This document shows, one piece after another, positions 35,232-44,735 of a stretch of 64,000 nucleotides of DNA. The stretch comes from Bryobacterales bacterium. Its GTDB lineage: Bacteria; Acidobacteriota; Terriglobia; Bryobacterales; UBA6623. The stretch's first letter is position 1; each line of letters opens with the position of its first letter. The notes beneath the pieces were generated by a model, which was not told where the DNA came from, made no database searches, and saw only the letters and a program-made list of their open reading frames with translations. The position numbers were made by a program, and so were the translations under genes. Location: the NCBI GenBank assembly GCA_965242705.1, contig OZ251486.1:333945-397944 (forward strand), read 5' to 3'.

Positions 35232-37655
35232 CTATTCAACGGCAATCGTGGCGCCGGACTGGCTGATGCGGCCGGCTAGGGCGAGGCGCAACTCGGCGGC
35301 GTTTGACGGGGCGAGGTTGCGCGGGATTTCCACGATGACCAGGTTGACGCCGGCCATGTCCGGGGCCAGGCCGGAAAAGCGGACGTTCTCCGGGGACACC
35401 GCGTATGCGCCGATCCAGACCCGCGGGCGCGCTGCGGTATGCCGCAGCACGGCGTTCGAGCCGTTCGCCAAGCAGACGCCGTTCGGGGCGCATGAGTTCA
35501 TGCCGTCGGCGAGCGGCGGCTCCACCGCGCCCAGGCCCGTCGCGTAAATCTCCAGCACGTCGCCGGCGCGCGCCGGGCGGCTGCCCGCGCTGAAACCCAG
35601 CGGCGCGGCCAAGTCGGTCGTGCCCGCGAACGTCGCCAGCGCCTGTCCCTGGCCCGCGCTCTGTCCCTCGCCCGAGACCGTGAACACGCCCGGCGCGTAG
35701 GGGCCGACCCAGAAATGCCGCGGCCAACTGCTCTCGCCGCCGGATTCCACCACCACGCTCGCCAACGCCAAGCCGCCCGCCGCTACGGCTTCGCCGCCCA
35801 ACGCCCAGGGCAACTGCGCCTCGATGCGCTGCGGGCCTACGGCCATCAGCGGAACCGCCGCGCCGTCGATCAGCACCCGCGCCCCGCCCAGCATCGTCGG
35901 CAGCGGAAAGCCCGCCGCTTCCATGCGCTCACCCGAAGCGAAGTTCACGCCCTGCACGACCACCGCGGCGCCCGGCGCCAGCGGCAGCAACTGCGGCCCG
36001 AACAGCCCGCGCTCGCCGTAGGCGCTCATGCGCGCCGCACTGAATACGCCGCCGTTCTCCGACACCGCCGGCCCCGTCGGCGGGGGAACTTCCAGCACGA
36101 TGCGGATCGCGGCCGTGACGCGCCCGCCGGCGCGGATGTACAGCCGCCCGCGGTGGGTTCCCGGGCGCAGCCCCAGAGGGTTGACGCTTACGCGCAGGGT
36201 AGTCGTCTCGCCATCGGCCAAGCGGCCTCTCCATTGGGCAACGTTGCCGTCCGCCGACGAGACCTGTATCCAGCGGGCGCTGGGCAGCGCCTGGAAGTCC
36301 GTTGCGCCGCCTGCGGCGCGCAGCGTCAGCATCTGCGGCGCCGGCGCGGAGGAGTCGGCGTCCGGCGCCGGCGCGAACGACAACTCGGAAACGCCCACCG
36401 GCTCCACCGACGGCCCCGGATCCCTCGGTTTCGGCCCGGTCGGCGGCGGCGGAGGCGGCAGGAAGAAGGTCACCTTGCGGATGCGGTGGTTGCTCGAATC
36501 GGCGATGTACAGGTTGCCCAACCCGTCCACCGCCAAGCCGCGGGGGTGGTAGAGTCGGGCCGCTGTTGCCGCGCCGCCGTCCCCGCCGTATTCGCCCGGC
36601 GAAACTCCCGAAATCTGGGTAGGCCCCGATCCCGCAACCGTGGTAATCACCCCGGCCGCATCCACTTTGCGGACGCGGTTGTTCCACGTATCGGCGATGT
36701 ACAGGTTGCCCAATCCGTCCAGCACCACGCCGCGGGGGGCTCTCATTTCGGCCGAAACGGCCGGGCCGCCGTCCCCGCTGAAGCCGCGCGTCACCGTTCC
36801 CGCGACCGTGGTAATCACCCCGGCCGCATCCACCTTGCGGATGCGGCGGTTGCCCGAGTCGGCGATGTAAAAGTTGCCCAATCCGTCCAGCGCCACGCCG
36901 CCGCGGAGAAGGGACATTTGGGCGGACGTGGCTTGGCCGCCGTCGCCGGTGAAGCCGCTGCCCCCCCCCACTCCCGCTACGGTGGTAATCACTCCCGCCG
37001 CGTCCACCTTGCGGATGCGGTAGTTGAAGGTATCGGCGATGTAGATGTTGCCCGACCCGTCCGCGGCTACTCTGAAGGGGTTGTTGAGTTGGGCGGACGC
37101 GGCCGAGCCGCCGTCCCCGCTGTAGCCTTGCGTCGTTCCCGCGACGGTGGTAATCACCCCGGCCGCGTCCACCTTGCGGATGCGATGGTTGCTCGAATCG
37201 GCGATGTACAAGTTGCCCAATCCGTCCAGCGCCACGCCGCGGGGGGTGTTGAGTTGGGCTGATGTTGCTGCGGCGCCGTCGCCGCCGTAGCTGGCGACTC
37301 CCGTTCCCGCGACGGTGGTAATCATCCCGGCCGCGTCCACCTTGCGGACGCGTTCGTTGTCCGTCTCAGCGATGTACAGGTTGCCCGCCCCGTCCACCGC
37401 TACGCCGTGAGGGTTGTTGAGTTGGGCCGATGCGGCCGGGACGTTGTCGCCCAACGCCGATCCGCCTCCCGCGACCGTCTCGATGGTCGGGACAGCGACC
37501 GGGATGCCCTGCGCCGAGGCGGCCGCCGCCGCCAAGTGGAGGGCGAAGAGCGCAAGTCCCGCCTTGCCGGCGGCAAGCCGGGCGCGGAAAGAAGACGGGA
37601 AGGAAAGAGAAGGCTGCGTGGCGGAGCGTATGGCGATCATGCGTGTGGCGGTCAT
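35232..37655 (-). CDS. NHL-repeat protein with Solibacter-type (TIGR03437-like) C-terminal domain, paralog 2
   Basis: ORF 35232..37793. The ATG at 37655 gives MTATRMIAIRS..LALFALHLAAAAASAQG, a signal peptide. NHL units are present. The C-terminal half is nearly identical to 8619..11960. Confidence 0.85.
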   Translation of the reverse strand: MTATRMIAIRSATQPSLSFPSSFRARLAAGKAGLALFALHLAAAAASAQGIPVAVPTIETVAGGGSALGDNVPAASAQLNNPHGVAVDGAGNLYIAETDNERVRKVDAAGMITTVAGTGVASYGGDGAAATSAQLNTPRGVALDGLGNLYIADSSNHRIRKVDAAGVITTVAGTTQGYSGDGGSAASAQLNNPFRVAADGSGNIYIADTFNYRIRKVDAAGVITTVAGVGGGSGFTGDGGQATSAQMSLLRGGVALDGLGNFYIADSGNRRIRKVDAAGVITTVAGTVTRGFSGDGGPAVSAEMRAPRGVVLDGLGNLYIADTWNNRVRKVDAAGVITTVAGSGPTQISGVSPGEYGGDGGAATAARLYHPRGLAVDGLGNLYIADSSNHRIRKVTFFLPPPPPPTGPKPRDPGPSVEPVGVSELSFAPAPDADSSAPAPQMLTLRAAGGATDFQALPSARWIQVSSADGNVAQWRGRLADGETTTLRVSVNPLGLRPGTHRGRLYIRAGGRVTAAIRIVLEVPPPTGPAVSENGGVFSAARMSAYGERGLFGPQLLPLAPGAAVVVQGVNFASGERMEAAGFPLPTMLGGARVLIDGAAVPLMAVGPQRIEAQLPWALGGEAVAAGGLALASVVVESGGESSWPRHFWVGPYAPGVFTVSGEGQSAGQGQALATFAGTTDLAAPLGFSAGSRPARAGDVLEIYATGLGAVEPPLADGMNSCAPNGVCLANGSNAVLRHTAARPRVWIGAYAVSPENVRFSGLAPDMAGVNLVIVEIPRNLAPSNAAELRLALAGRISQSGATIAVE

Positions 37656-37790
37656 GTGGCTTTTCCAATTACTGACAAATCGAACTTTTTTATATTTTAC
37701 CTTACTTATTCTTTTTAATATGTACTTTACAATACATAAGAACTCTCGGCTGTTGCGTTTTTGCCGGCTGGGAGCAGGAAACGGGGAACC
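37656..37790 (-). promoter_or_regulatory. Strongly AT-rich 5' region immediately upstream of NHL paralog 2 (candidate promoter/UP region)
   Basis: About 130 bp of AT-rich sequence (ttatattttaccttacttattctttttaatatgtactttacaatacataag) in an otherwise GC-rich locus. Absent from the paralogous locus 1. Confidence 0.35.
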
Positions 37791-37994
37791 CACCAGCGGA
37801 ACGGCGCTTGCCGTCCGCGTTGCCGGCTACATTGCCGGCGGGGCGCCGGCGGCGCCGCCGGCGAGTGAAGAGCGCGAGCTCCGCGCCCGCGTGAAAGTCC
37901 CGCCTTGCCGGCTGCAAGCGGGGCGCGGAGAATCGAAAAAAGGAAGGAAGCGCCGCAGGCCGGGGAGCGCAGCGAGCGCGCTTCTCCTTATGAC

Positions 37995-38106
37995 GGGCTG
38001 ACGGGCTGACGGGCTGACGGGCTGACGGGCTGACGGGCTGACGGGCTGACGGGCTGACGGGCTGACGGGCTGACGGGCTGACGGGCTGACGGGCTGACGG
38101 GCTGAC
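37995..38106. repeat. Perfect tandem octamer array (GGGCTGAC)x14, second copy
   Basis: 112 bp, same unit and same copy number as 12113..12224. The flanks are homologous (gcgagcgcgcttctccttat | array | ctcttctca.tatacatc). Confidence 0.97.
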
Positions 38107-38114
38107 CTCTTCTC

Positions 38115-38144
38115 AGTATACATCTCTCTCGCCTCTCTGTGCAA
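38115..38144 (-). promoter_or_regulatory. Candidate sigma70-type promoter (TTGCAC-N18-TATACT) firing into the octamer array
   Basis: On the minus strand, TTGCAC (38144-38139), an 18-nt spacer, TATACT (38120-38115). Same position relative to the array as at locus 1. Confidence 0.4.
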
Positions 38145-38224
38145 CATGGTCCTTATTTTGAAACAAAACGACTTGCTTTGCAATAATTTTGCAACAGAAA
38201 ATTGCGGCAACCCCAAAAATATCA

Positions 38225-38372
38225 TCCGGGCCGCGCGAAGCGCGGCGGTCACGAGTCGCGGGTCAAGCCGCAGCGGCGAAGCCGCCCGCGACTGCCGCGC
38301 CGCAAGGCGCGGCCCCCTAACCCCCAACCCCTGGCCCCTAACCCCTGCCGCGCCGCAAGGCGCGGCGTCTTT
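38225..38372. repeat. Composite REP-like cluster (three GC hairpins plus a CCCTAA-like C-tract block)
   Basis: gccgcgcgaagcgcggc, gccgcgccgcaaggcgcggc (x2) and ccccctaacccccaacccctggcccctaacccct. Confidence 0.7.
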
Positions 38373-39126
38373 CTTCGCGGCGTCTGCGTTTCCATTCCTT
38401 TTCATCGACGATTTCGAGATTGAAGAGGACTTCGATATTGGTGATGACTTCCACGATTTGGCCGTTCAGACGGGTGGGCGTGTAGCGCCATTGGCGCACG
38501 GCCTCGACGGCCGCCGGCGCGAGCAGCGGGTGGCCGCTGATGAGCTTGAGGTCGCGGATCGCGCCGTCGAACGACACGACCGCCTCGAGCTCGACCTTGC
38601 CGCTGATTTGCGCCTCGATCGCCTCGGGCGGATATTCGGGCGCGACGCGGCGGGTCAGCCGCGCGTTCTGCACCCGGCCGCCGACGCGGATCGGCAGCGG
38701 CGGGGGCGGCGCGAACGAGTCCGACGGCATGCCGTGCAGGACGCCCCCGGCCAAGCCGCCGGGCAAGCCGCCCGGCATCCCCGCGCCGGCGGCCGCGGAG
38801 ACGAGTCCGACCGGCGCGGCGCCCTTGTCGTCGATGAGCGCGACCTTGTCGGGGATGGCCGCCGGTTGGCGGATGATTTCGCTGAAGCGGTCGGGCGCGG
38901 GGGGCGCGGCGGTTATTTTCGCCTGGGGCGGCGGCGCGGGCGGAGGCGGGGCGGGCGGCGCGGTCAGCAGCGCCGTTGCCGCCCAGGCGTCCAATGGAAT
39001 CTCGTAGGTGAACACCAGGGGGATCGCCAGGATCAGGCCGAGCGCCAGGATTTGCGCCGCGAACGAAAAGGCGAAACTCCACCCGCGGCGCCGGCCGGCG
39101 CTCTCGACAATGGCCTGTTCGAACAT
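38338..39126 (-). CDS. Energy transducer TonB family protein
   Basis: ATG at 39126 (MFEQAIVESAG..), one TM helix, a Pro-rich linker (APPAPPPPAPPPQ), and TonB_C (VAPEYPPEAIEAQISGKVELEAVVSFDGAIRDLKLISGHPLLAPAAVEAVRQWRY). Confidence 0.75.
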   Translation of the reverse strand: MFEQAIVESAGRRRGWSFAFSFAAQILALGLILAIPLVFTYEIPLDAWAATALLTAPPAPPPPAPPPQAKITAAPPAPDRFSEIIRQPAAIPDKVALIDDKGAAPVGLVSAAAGAGMPGGLPGGLAGGVLHGMPSDSFAPPPPLPIRVGGRVQNARLTRRVAPEYPPEAIEAQISGKVELEAVVSFDGAIRDLKLISGHPLLAPAAVEAVRQWRYTPTRLNGQIVEVITNIEVLFNLEIVDEKEWKRRRREERRRALRRGRG

Positions 39127-39167
39127 CTGCGAACCCGTTGATTCAGGCAGCGGCGGGCAGGGGCAGG

Positions 39168-39875
39168 TTACTTGCGCGGCGGCCGGCTGGGGCGCATCTC
39201 GACCCGGCTGGCCAGATTGCGTTCGGGCATTCGCATCAAATGCACGGCCGCGGCGGCGATTGCGGCCGGGTCCAACTTCCAATCGGCGCCCTCGATCGTT
39301 GCCGAGAACTCGGTTTGCACGCTGCCGGGCATGATCTGGGCGACGCGGATATTGTCGCGCCGCAAGTCGAGCATGGCCGCTTCGGTGAACCCGTTGAGTC
39401 CGAACTTGGAAGCGTTGTAGGCCGCGCCCGAGGCGAACGAGTGCTTGCCGGCGAGGCTGCCGATATTGAGGATGAACCCGCCGCCGCGCCGCTTCATGCG
39501 CGGCGCCGCGAGGCGCGTGCAGTAGAACGGTCCGCTGAGATTGGTGTCGATAACGTTGCGCCAGTCGTCGAGGCCGAGCTCGTCCACGGGGGCGAACGCG
39601 CCGACGCCGGCGTTGTTCACCAGCACCGCCGGGCTGCCGAGTTTTTCGTCGCAGTACTGGAAAAATTCCTCGACCTCTTCGCAGCGGCCTACGTTGCAGA
39701 CCCGTCCGTATATTTCGCCTTGGGGCTCCAGGGCTTGCAGCGCCCGGGCGAGGCTTGCTTCGGAGCGCGCGCAGATCGCCGCGCGGGCGCCCTCGCGCAG
39801 CAGAGCTTCGGCGACGGCGAAGCCGATGCCCCGCGCGCCGCCCGTGACGATTGCCGATTTGCCGTGCAGATCCAT
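39168..39875 (-). CDS. SDR family oxidoreductase
   Basis: ATG at 39875. GKSAIVTGGARGIGFAVA, NNAG, and YNASKFG (Y-x3-K). Confidence 0.85.
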   Translation of the reverse strand: MDLHGKSAIVTGGARGIGFAVAEALLREGARAAICARSEASLARALQALEPQGEIYGRVCNVGRCEEVEEFFQYCDEKLGSPAVLVNNAGVGAFAPVDELGLDDWRNVIDTNLSGPFYCTRLAAPRMKRRGGGFILNIGSLAGKHSFASGAAYNASKFGLNGFTEAAMLDLRRDNIRVAQIMPGSVQTEFSATIEGADWKLDPAAIAAAAVHLMRMPERNLASRVEMRPSRPPRK

Positions 39876-39959
39876 GCTGAGACTCCCTTCGCGGCTGCCG
39901 AAACAAGGATATTTTCTCACAGGCGGGGCGCCGCCTTATCAGGGTAAAATACTATCCAG

Positions 39960-40664
39960 GTGCATGAAAACGAACCCACCCCCGCGCCGCCTGAAGAGGC
40001 TCCTCAGGCGGAGCAGGCGGCCCGCGGGCCCGTAGCCGCGGAGCGGCAGGACGAGATCGACGAGCTTTGCGCCGGCCTTGCCGCGGATCTGCGCGGTTGT
40101 CTGGAGCAGCTTGCGGCGGCAAGCCGCGCGCGCGAGGCCCGGGCGGTCGCCGAAGCCAGGGCGGACGGACTGGAGCTGCTCGCGCGGGCTATCGGGCGCA
40201 TCCGCGCCGAGCAGTCCGTTCCGGCGGCGGCGGCGGCGCTGATCGACGCATGCGCGCTGTTCTGCGGCCGCGCGGTCTTGCTGATTCATCAGGGCGAGAA
40301 AATGTCGGGGTTCCATGCCGCCGGCGGCGGCGCGCGGCCCAACGACGATGCGCTGCGCCGGTTGACGTTCGATATAGCTTCGGCGGCGGCGGTGGAGCGG
40401 GCGATCGTCGAAGGGGAAATCGTGGCGGCGACGGGGGCGGCGGCCGATCTTTCCGCCGAGGCCGCCGCCGCTTTCGGATACGGCGAGAGCGATCGCGTGC
40501 TGGTGTATCCCTTGCGGCTGCGCGGCAAGGCGCTGGCCGTCGTGCTGGTTGACGAGAGCGCAGGCGCCCCGATTGAGTCCGCGGCGGTGGAAGCCCTGAT
40601 CGCCGCGGGGGAGGCATGGCTCGAAGCCGTCGGCGCCCGCCGGAAAATCGCGGCGGCCGCTTGA
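39960..40664 (+). CDS. Hypothetical protein (possible GAF-like C-terminal half)
   Basis: 234-aa ORF with a coding-like composition. No motif recognised. Confidence 0.5.
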   Translation: MHENEPTPAPPEEAPQAEQAARGPVAAERQDEIDELCAGLAADLRGCLEQLAAASRAREARAVAEARADGLELLARAIGRIRAEQSVPAAAAALIDACALFCGRAVLLIHQGEKMSGFHAAGGGARPNDDALRRLTFDIASAAAVERAIVEGEIVAATGAAADLSAEAAAAFGYGESDRVLVYPLRLRGKALAVVLVDESAGAPIESAAVEALIAAGEAWLEAVGARRKIAAAA

Positions 40665-40687
40665 CGGACCGGGGGATCGGAGGTCGT

Positions 40688-42946
40688 ATGCGGCGTTTGT
40701 TTTCCAAGGACGGCTTGCAGGCCGGCGAAGCCGTTTCCGCCGGCGGGGCGCGGCTGACGCGGCGCGCGGCCCTGCCGGCTTTCCTGCTGCTCGCGGCCTC
40801 GGCGGGCAGCCTGCCGGCGAGCCCGGTATCCGCCGAGCTGCGCGAACTGAGCCGCAAGGCCGCTTCCGCGAACACGGCGGAGAACCGCGCTGCGCTCGGC
40901 GCGTTCGCCGAGCGCGCCGGGGGAGTCGAGAAAGGCATGGCGCTGCTGGCGCTGGGCATGGCCGAGTACGAGAGCAACGACTACGCCCGGGCCGCGCGGA
41001 CGCTCGCGGGCGCGGCGGCGGACGCCGGGGTTGTGGGCGAGTACGCCGCCTATTACCGCGCGCGCAGCTTGGCGCTGGCTGAGGACTTCGAGGCTTCGCT
41101 CGGGCCGCTGCGCTCGTTTCTCGCCGCCTGGCCGGACAGCCGCTTGCGCAAGCCGGCGGGCCGTCTGATTGCCGAAAGCCTGATCCGTCTGGGCCGTTTC
41201 GCGGAAGCCCGCGAAGCCCTCTCGGGCGATTTGCCGATGGAACCCGCGGGCAGGGGCTATCTGTTGGCGCGCATCACGCACGTCGAAGGCAATCTGCTGC
41301 AAGCCGTGCCGCTCTACCGCGCGGTTTACTACGGCTTTCCCGCCGGCGAAGAGGCGGCGGCCGCGGAGGATCGACTGGACGAGATTCGGCGCGCTCTCGG
41401 CGCCCGCTATCCGCAAGCCCCGGCGAAGCAGCGCCTGGGCCGCGCCGACCTGCTCTACAAGGCGGGAGATTACGCGAAAGCCTCCGCGGAGTACGGGCGC
41501 GCGGCGGCCGCCGGGCTGCGCGGGGCGGAACGCGGGCGCGCGCTGCTGCGCAAGGCCGTTGCCGACTACCGCCGCGGCGCGGCTTCCGCCGCCTACGATG
41601 CGCTGGCCGCGTTGAAGACGGACGACCCCAAGCGCGGCGCCGAGCGCCTCTACTACCTCGGCGCCGCGGCGCGCCGCAAGGGGTCGATTTCGCGCTTTCT
41701 TGCCGTGGTCGAGGAACTGGGCGCGAAGCACCCCGCCTCGCCATGGCGCGAGGAAGCGCTTTTCGCCGCGGGCAACCATTATCTGCTGCGCAACGAACCG
41801 GCGAAGTACCGCGAGTATTACGGCCGCCTGGTGCGCTTGTTTCCGCGGGGCAAGCATGCCGCGGCCGCGCACTGGAAAATCGTCTGGCGGGCCTGCCTCG
41901 ACGACGACCCGCGCCGCGGGCAATTGCTGCGCGAGCACGTCGACCGCTACCCCGCCGCCTCGACCGCCGCGGGCGCGCTGTACTGGCTGGGGCGCGCCGC
42001 GGAACGGGAAGGCCGCGCCGGCTACGCCCGCGGCCTTTACGACCTGACCGCCGCGCGCTTCCCGCATTACTATTACGCCGTAATGTCCCGCCGCCGCATC
42101 GACGCCCTGGGCGGCGCCGCGCCGGCGCGGACGCGCGAGGAGGAAAGCCGCCTCGCCGCCGCCGCCGAGCGGCTGCCCGCGGTCAGGCGGCTCGCGGCCA
42201 AGCCTTCCGCCGCAACCGCGGCGCTGATCGAGCGCGGCGGCCTGCTCCATGCGCTCGGCCTCGACGAGCCGGCTTTCCAGGAGTTGAGCACGGCCGATTA
42301 TCGGCCGCGCGACGCCTATCTGGTCGGAATGGAGATCGGCCGTCAAAGCACCGCGCGCGGCGACCGCTTCCGCGCCATGCGCGCCATGAAGCGTTACGGC
42401 TACGGATATCTGCGCTTTCCGCTGGAATCGGTGGGCCGCGAGTTCTGGGAGTATCTCTACCCCTTGGGCTGGGAGAAACCGCTGCGCGCGCGGGCCGCCC
42501 GCCACAAGCTCGACCCGTATCTGGTCGCCGCGCTCATCCGCCAGGAATCGGAGTTCAATCCGTCGGCGCGCTCCCGCGCGGGCGCGCTGGGGTTGATGCA
42601 GATCATGCCCGCGACGGGCGCGCAGCTTTTCCGGCGCCTGGGCATTCCCAACTTCGCCCGCCGCAAGCTGACCCAGCCGGATATCAGCCTGCGGCTGGGC
42701 ACGTTTCATCTGAAGGAAGTCCTCGACCGCTTCGAATGGAACCTCGAATACGCTCTGGCCGGCTACAACGCCGGCGAGCGCCGCGTCGAGCAGTGGCTTC
42801 CTTTCGGCGAATTCGACGAGCCCGGCGAGTTTGCCGAGACCATCCCGTTCAGCGAAACGCGCGGCTACGTGCAATCGGTCATCCGCCATCGGGAGATGTA
42901 TCGGCGGCTGTACGGCGCGGACCAGGGCCGGCGCGGCGCAAAATAG
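40688..42946 (+). CDS. Soluble lytic murein transglycosylase (Slt70-like)
   Basis: ATG at 40688 with a signal peptide. Long superhelical TPR-like N-terminal region. SLT catalytic block LVAALIRQESEFNPSARSRAGALGLMQIMPATG. Confidence 0.85.
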   Translation: MRRLFSKDGLQAGEAVSAGGARLTRRAALPAFLLLAASAGSLPASPVSAELRELSRKAASANTAENRAALGAFAERAGGVEKGMALLALGMAEYESNDYARAARTLAGAAADAGVVGEYAAYYRARSLALAEDFEASLGPLRSFLAAWPDSRLRKPAGRLIAESLIRLGRFAEAREALSGDLPMEPAGRGYLLARITHVEGNLLQAVPLYRAVYYGFPAGEEAAAAEDRLDEIRRALGARYPQAPAKQRLGRADLLYKAGDYAKASAEYGRAAAAGLRGAERGRALLRKAVADYRRGAASAAYDALAALKTDDPKRGAERLYYLGAAARRKGSISRFLAVVEELGAKHPASPWREEALFAAGNHYLLRNEPAKYREYYGRLVRLFPRGKHAAAAHWKIVWRACLDDDPRRGQLLREHVDRYPAASTAAGALYWLGRAAEREGRAGYARGLYDLTAARFPHYYYAVMSRRRIDALGGAAPARTREEESRLAAAAERLPAVRRLAAKPSAATAALIERGGLLHALGLDEPAFQELSTADYRPRDAYLVGMEIGRQSTARGDRFRAMRAMKRYGYGYLRFPLESVGREFWEYLYPLGWEKPLRARAARHKLDPYLVAALIRQESEFNPSARSRAGALGLMQIMPATGAQLFRRLGIPNFARRKLTQPDISLRLGTFHLKEVLDRFEWNLEYALAGYNAGERRVEQWLPFGEFDEPGEFAETIPFSETRGYVQSVIRHREMYRRLYGADQGRRGAK

Positions 42947-42979
42947 AGGCAAAATAGAGTCGGAATCGGAGTCGAAGCC

Positions 42980-44431
42980 ATGACGCGGTTTGCCCTGTAT
43001 CTCGCCTTTCTCGCCTGCCTTGCGGTTTTCGCGGTTGCCGCGCCGGGCGCGCCGCCGCTCAACGTCATCGTCGTGCTGGTGGACGATCTCGGCTGGAAAG
43101 ACCTGGGCTGCCAAGGGTCGGACTTCTACCGCACGCCCAACATCGACAGGCTCGCCGCCGGCGGCATGCGCTTTACCGACGGGTACGCCTCCTGCGCGGT
43201 CTGTTCGCCGACCCGCGCCGCGCTGATGACGGGGCGCTCGCCCGCCCGCCTGGGCGTCACCGACTGGATTCGGGCGGAGTTCCAGCTTCAAGGCCGCCAA
43301 TGGCCGAACGTCCGCGAACGCAACGGCTACCACCGGCCGGCGGATGCGCGGCGCAAGCGGATCACGCCGGTCAACCGGCAGGCGCTGCCGCACGCTGAAA
43401 TCACGCTTGCGGAAATGGTCAAGCCGCTCGGCTACCGCAGCGCCTACGTCGGCAAATGGCACCTCGGCGGCAAGGGTTGGCTGCCGACCGATCAGGGGTT
43501 CGATGAAAACTACGGCGGATGGGATTACGGTCAGCCGCCTTCCTATTTCGACCCCTACGCCGTTCCGCAGTGGCTGCCGATGGGCATTCCCACGCTGGCG
43601 CCGCGCGCGCCGGGCGAATACCTTACCGACCGCGAAGCCGACGAGGCCGCGGCCTTCATCGACCGCAACAGGGCGGGGCCTTTCCTGCTTTACGTCGCGC
43701 ATTACGCGGTGCATACGCCGATTCAGGCGAAAGCGGACGTCGAGGCGCGGTACGAGAAGCTCCGCGACGGCAAGGGGCAGGACGACGCCGCCTACGCGGC
43801 GATGGTGCATAGCGTGGATGAAGCGATGGGGAAAATACTCGACGCGCTCGAGCGCAACGATCTGACCGAGCGCACCATGGTCGTTTTTACCGGCGACAAC
43901 GGCGGCCTCGACCGCGGCGGCCGGCCGACGGAGAACGCTCCGCTGCGCAGCGGCAAGGGTTACGCCTACGAGGGCGGCCTGCGCACGCCGTGGATCGTCC
44001 GCCTGCCCGGCGTGACCCCGCCGGGGGCGGTTTCGGCGGAGCCGGTCATCAGCGTGGACCTGATGCCGACGCTCGCCGCCGCGCTGGGTACGCGCCCGCC
44101 GCTCGACCGCGCCTCAGACGGCCTCGATCTGACGCCGGCATTGCGCGGCGGGACGCTGCCCGAGCGCTCGCTCTACTGGCACTTTCCGCACTACCGGCAC
44201 GGGCCGGGCCACGACCCCTATTCGGTCGTGCGCAGGGGAAAATGGAAGCTGATCGAGTTTTACGATCCGCCGCGGACGGAACTGTACGATCTGGCCGCCG
44301 ACCTGTCGGAAACGACCGACTTGGCCGAGCGGGAACCGGAAAAACTGCGCGAGCTGCGGCAGGATCTGCAGCGGCATCTGGAATCGGTCGGCGCGAAATT
44401 GCCGCTGCCGCGCGCCGCGGCGGCGAAGTGA
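42980..44431 (+). CDS. Sulfatase (formylglycine-dependent arylsulfatase family)
   Basis: Signal peptide. VVLVDDLGW and the CSPTRAALMTGR sulfatase signature. Confidence 0.9.
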   Translation: MTRFALYLAFLACLAVFAVAAPGAPPLNVIVVLVDDLGWKDLGCQGSDFYRTPNIDRLAAGGMRFTDGYASCAVCSPTRAALMTGRSPARLGVTDWIRAEFQLQGRQWPNVRERNGYHRPADARRKRITPVNRQALPHAEITLAEMVKPLGYRSAYVGKWHLGGKGWLPTDQGFDENYGGWDYGQPPSYFDPYAVPQWLPMGIPTLAPRAPGEYLTDREADEAAAFIDRNRAGPFLLYVAHYAVHTPIQAKADVEARYEKLRDGKGQDDAAYAAMVHSVDEAMGKILDALERNDLTERTMVVFTGDNGGLDRGGRPTENAPLRSGKGYAYEGGLRTPWIVRLPGVTPPGAVSAEPVISVDLMPTLAAALGTRPPLDRASDGLDLTPALRGGTLPERSLYWHFPHYRHGPGHDPYSVVRRGKWKLIEFYDPPRTELYDLAADLSETTDLAEREPEKLRELRQDLQRHLESVGAKLPLPRAAAAK

Positions 44432-44459
44432 GCGCCGCGCAAGCGGGCGCAGCCCCGGC

Positions 44460-44676
44460 CAAGGAAACTCCACGCAAACAGGCGCAGCCGCCCGGCTCAC
44501 CACCCGAATCACAAGCACGGCGCAACCGTCAAGCATGACGGGGTTCATGGAACGAAAAGAAGCGCTTCATGCATGGATTGTTCACCTTGCTCGCCAATGA
44601 TCGCCTGAGATCACTTATTTTCGACGCCTTGCCGCCGAAAATCGACCGGATGCGTTCAGCTCTTTCTTCACTGAAG
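44460..44676 (-). repeat. About 210-bp conserved non-coding element, copy B (inverted relative to 12438..12652)
   Basis: The reverse complement aligns block by block with copy A. Lies between the convergent 3' ends of the two sulfatase genes. Confidence 0.75.
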
Positions 44677-44685
44677 CCGTGCGGT

Positions 44686-44735
44686 TCCCCCTAACCCCTC
44701 AATCCCTGACCCCCGCGGCGCGGCCCCCCTTCCCT
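44686..44735. repeat. REP-like element, CCCTAA-type variant
   Basis: ttccccctaacccctcaatccctgacccccgcggcgcggcccccc. Confidence 0.6.

Noticed and set aside
38318-38350. Telomere-like CCCTAA repeats
   Set aside because: There are only 1-2 degenerate units, embedded in an internal intergenic REP element of a bacterial-type gene-dense region. They are not terminal and not a true tandem array.
40289-43810. 1173-aa ORF antisense to the lytic transglycosylase and sulfatase genes
   Set aside because: It spans two well-supported plus-strand genes and the intergenic gap between them. The composition is a high-GC artefact.
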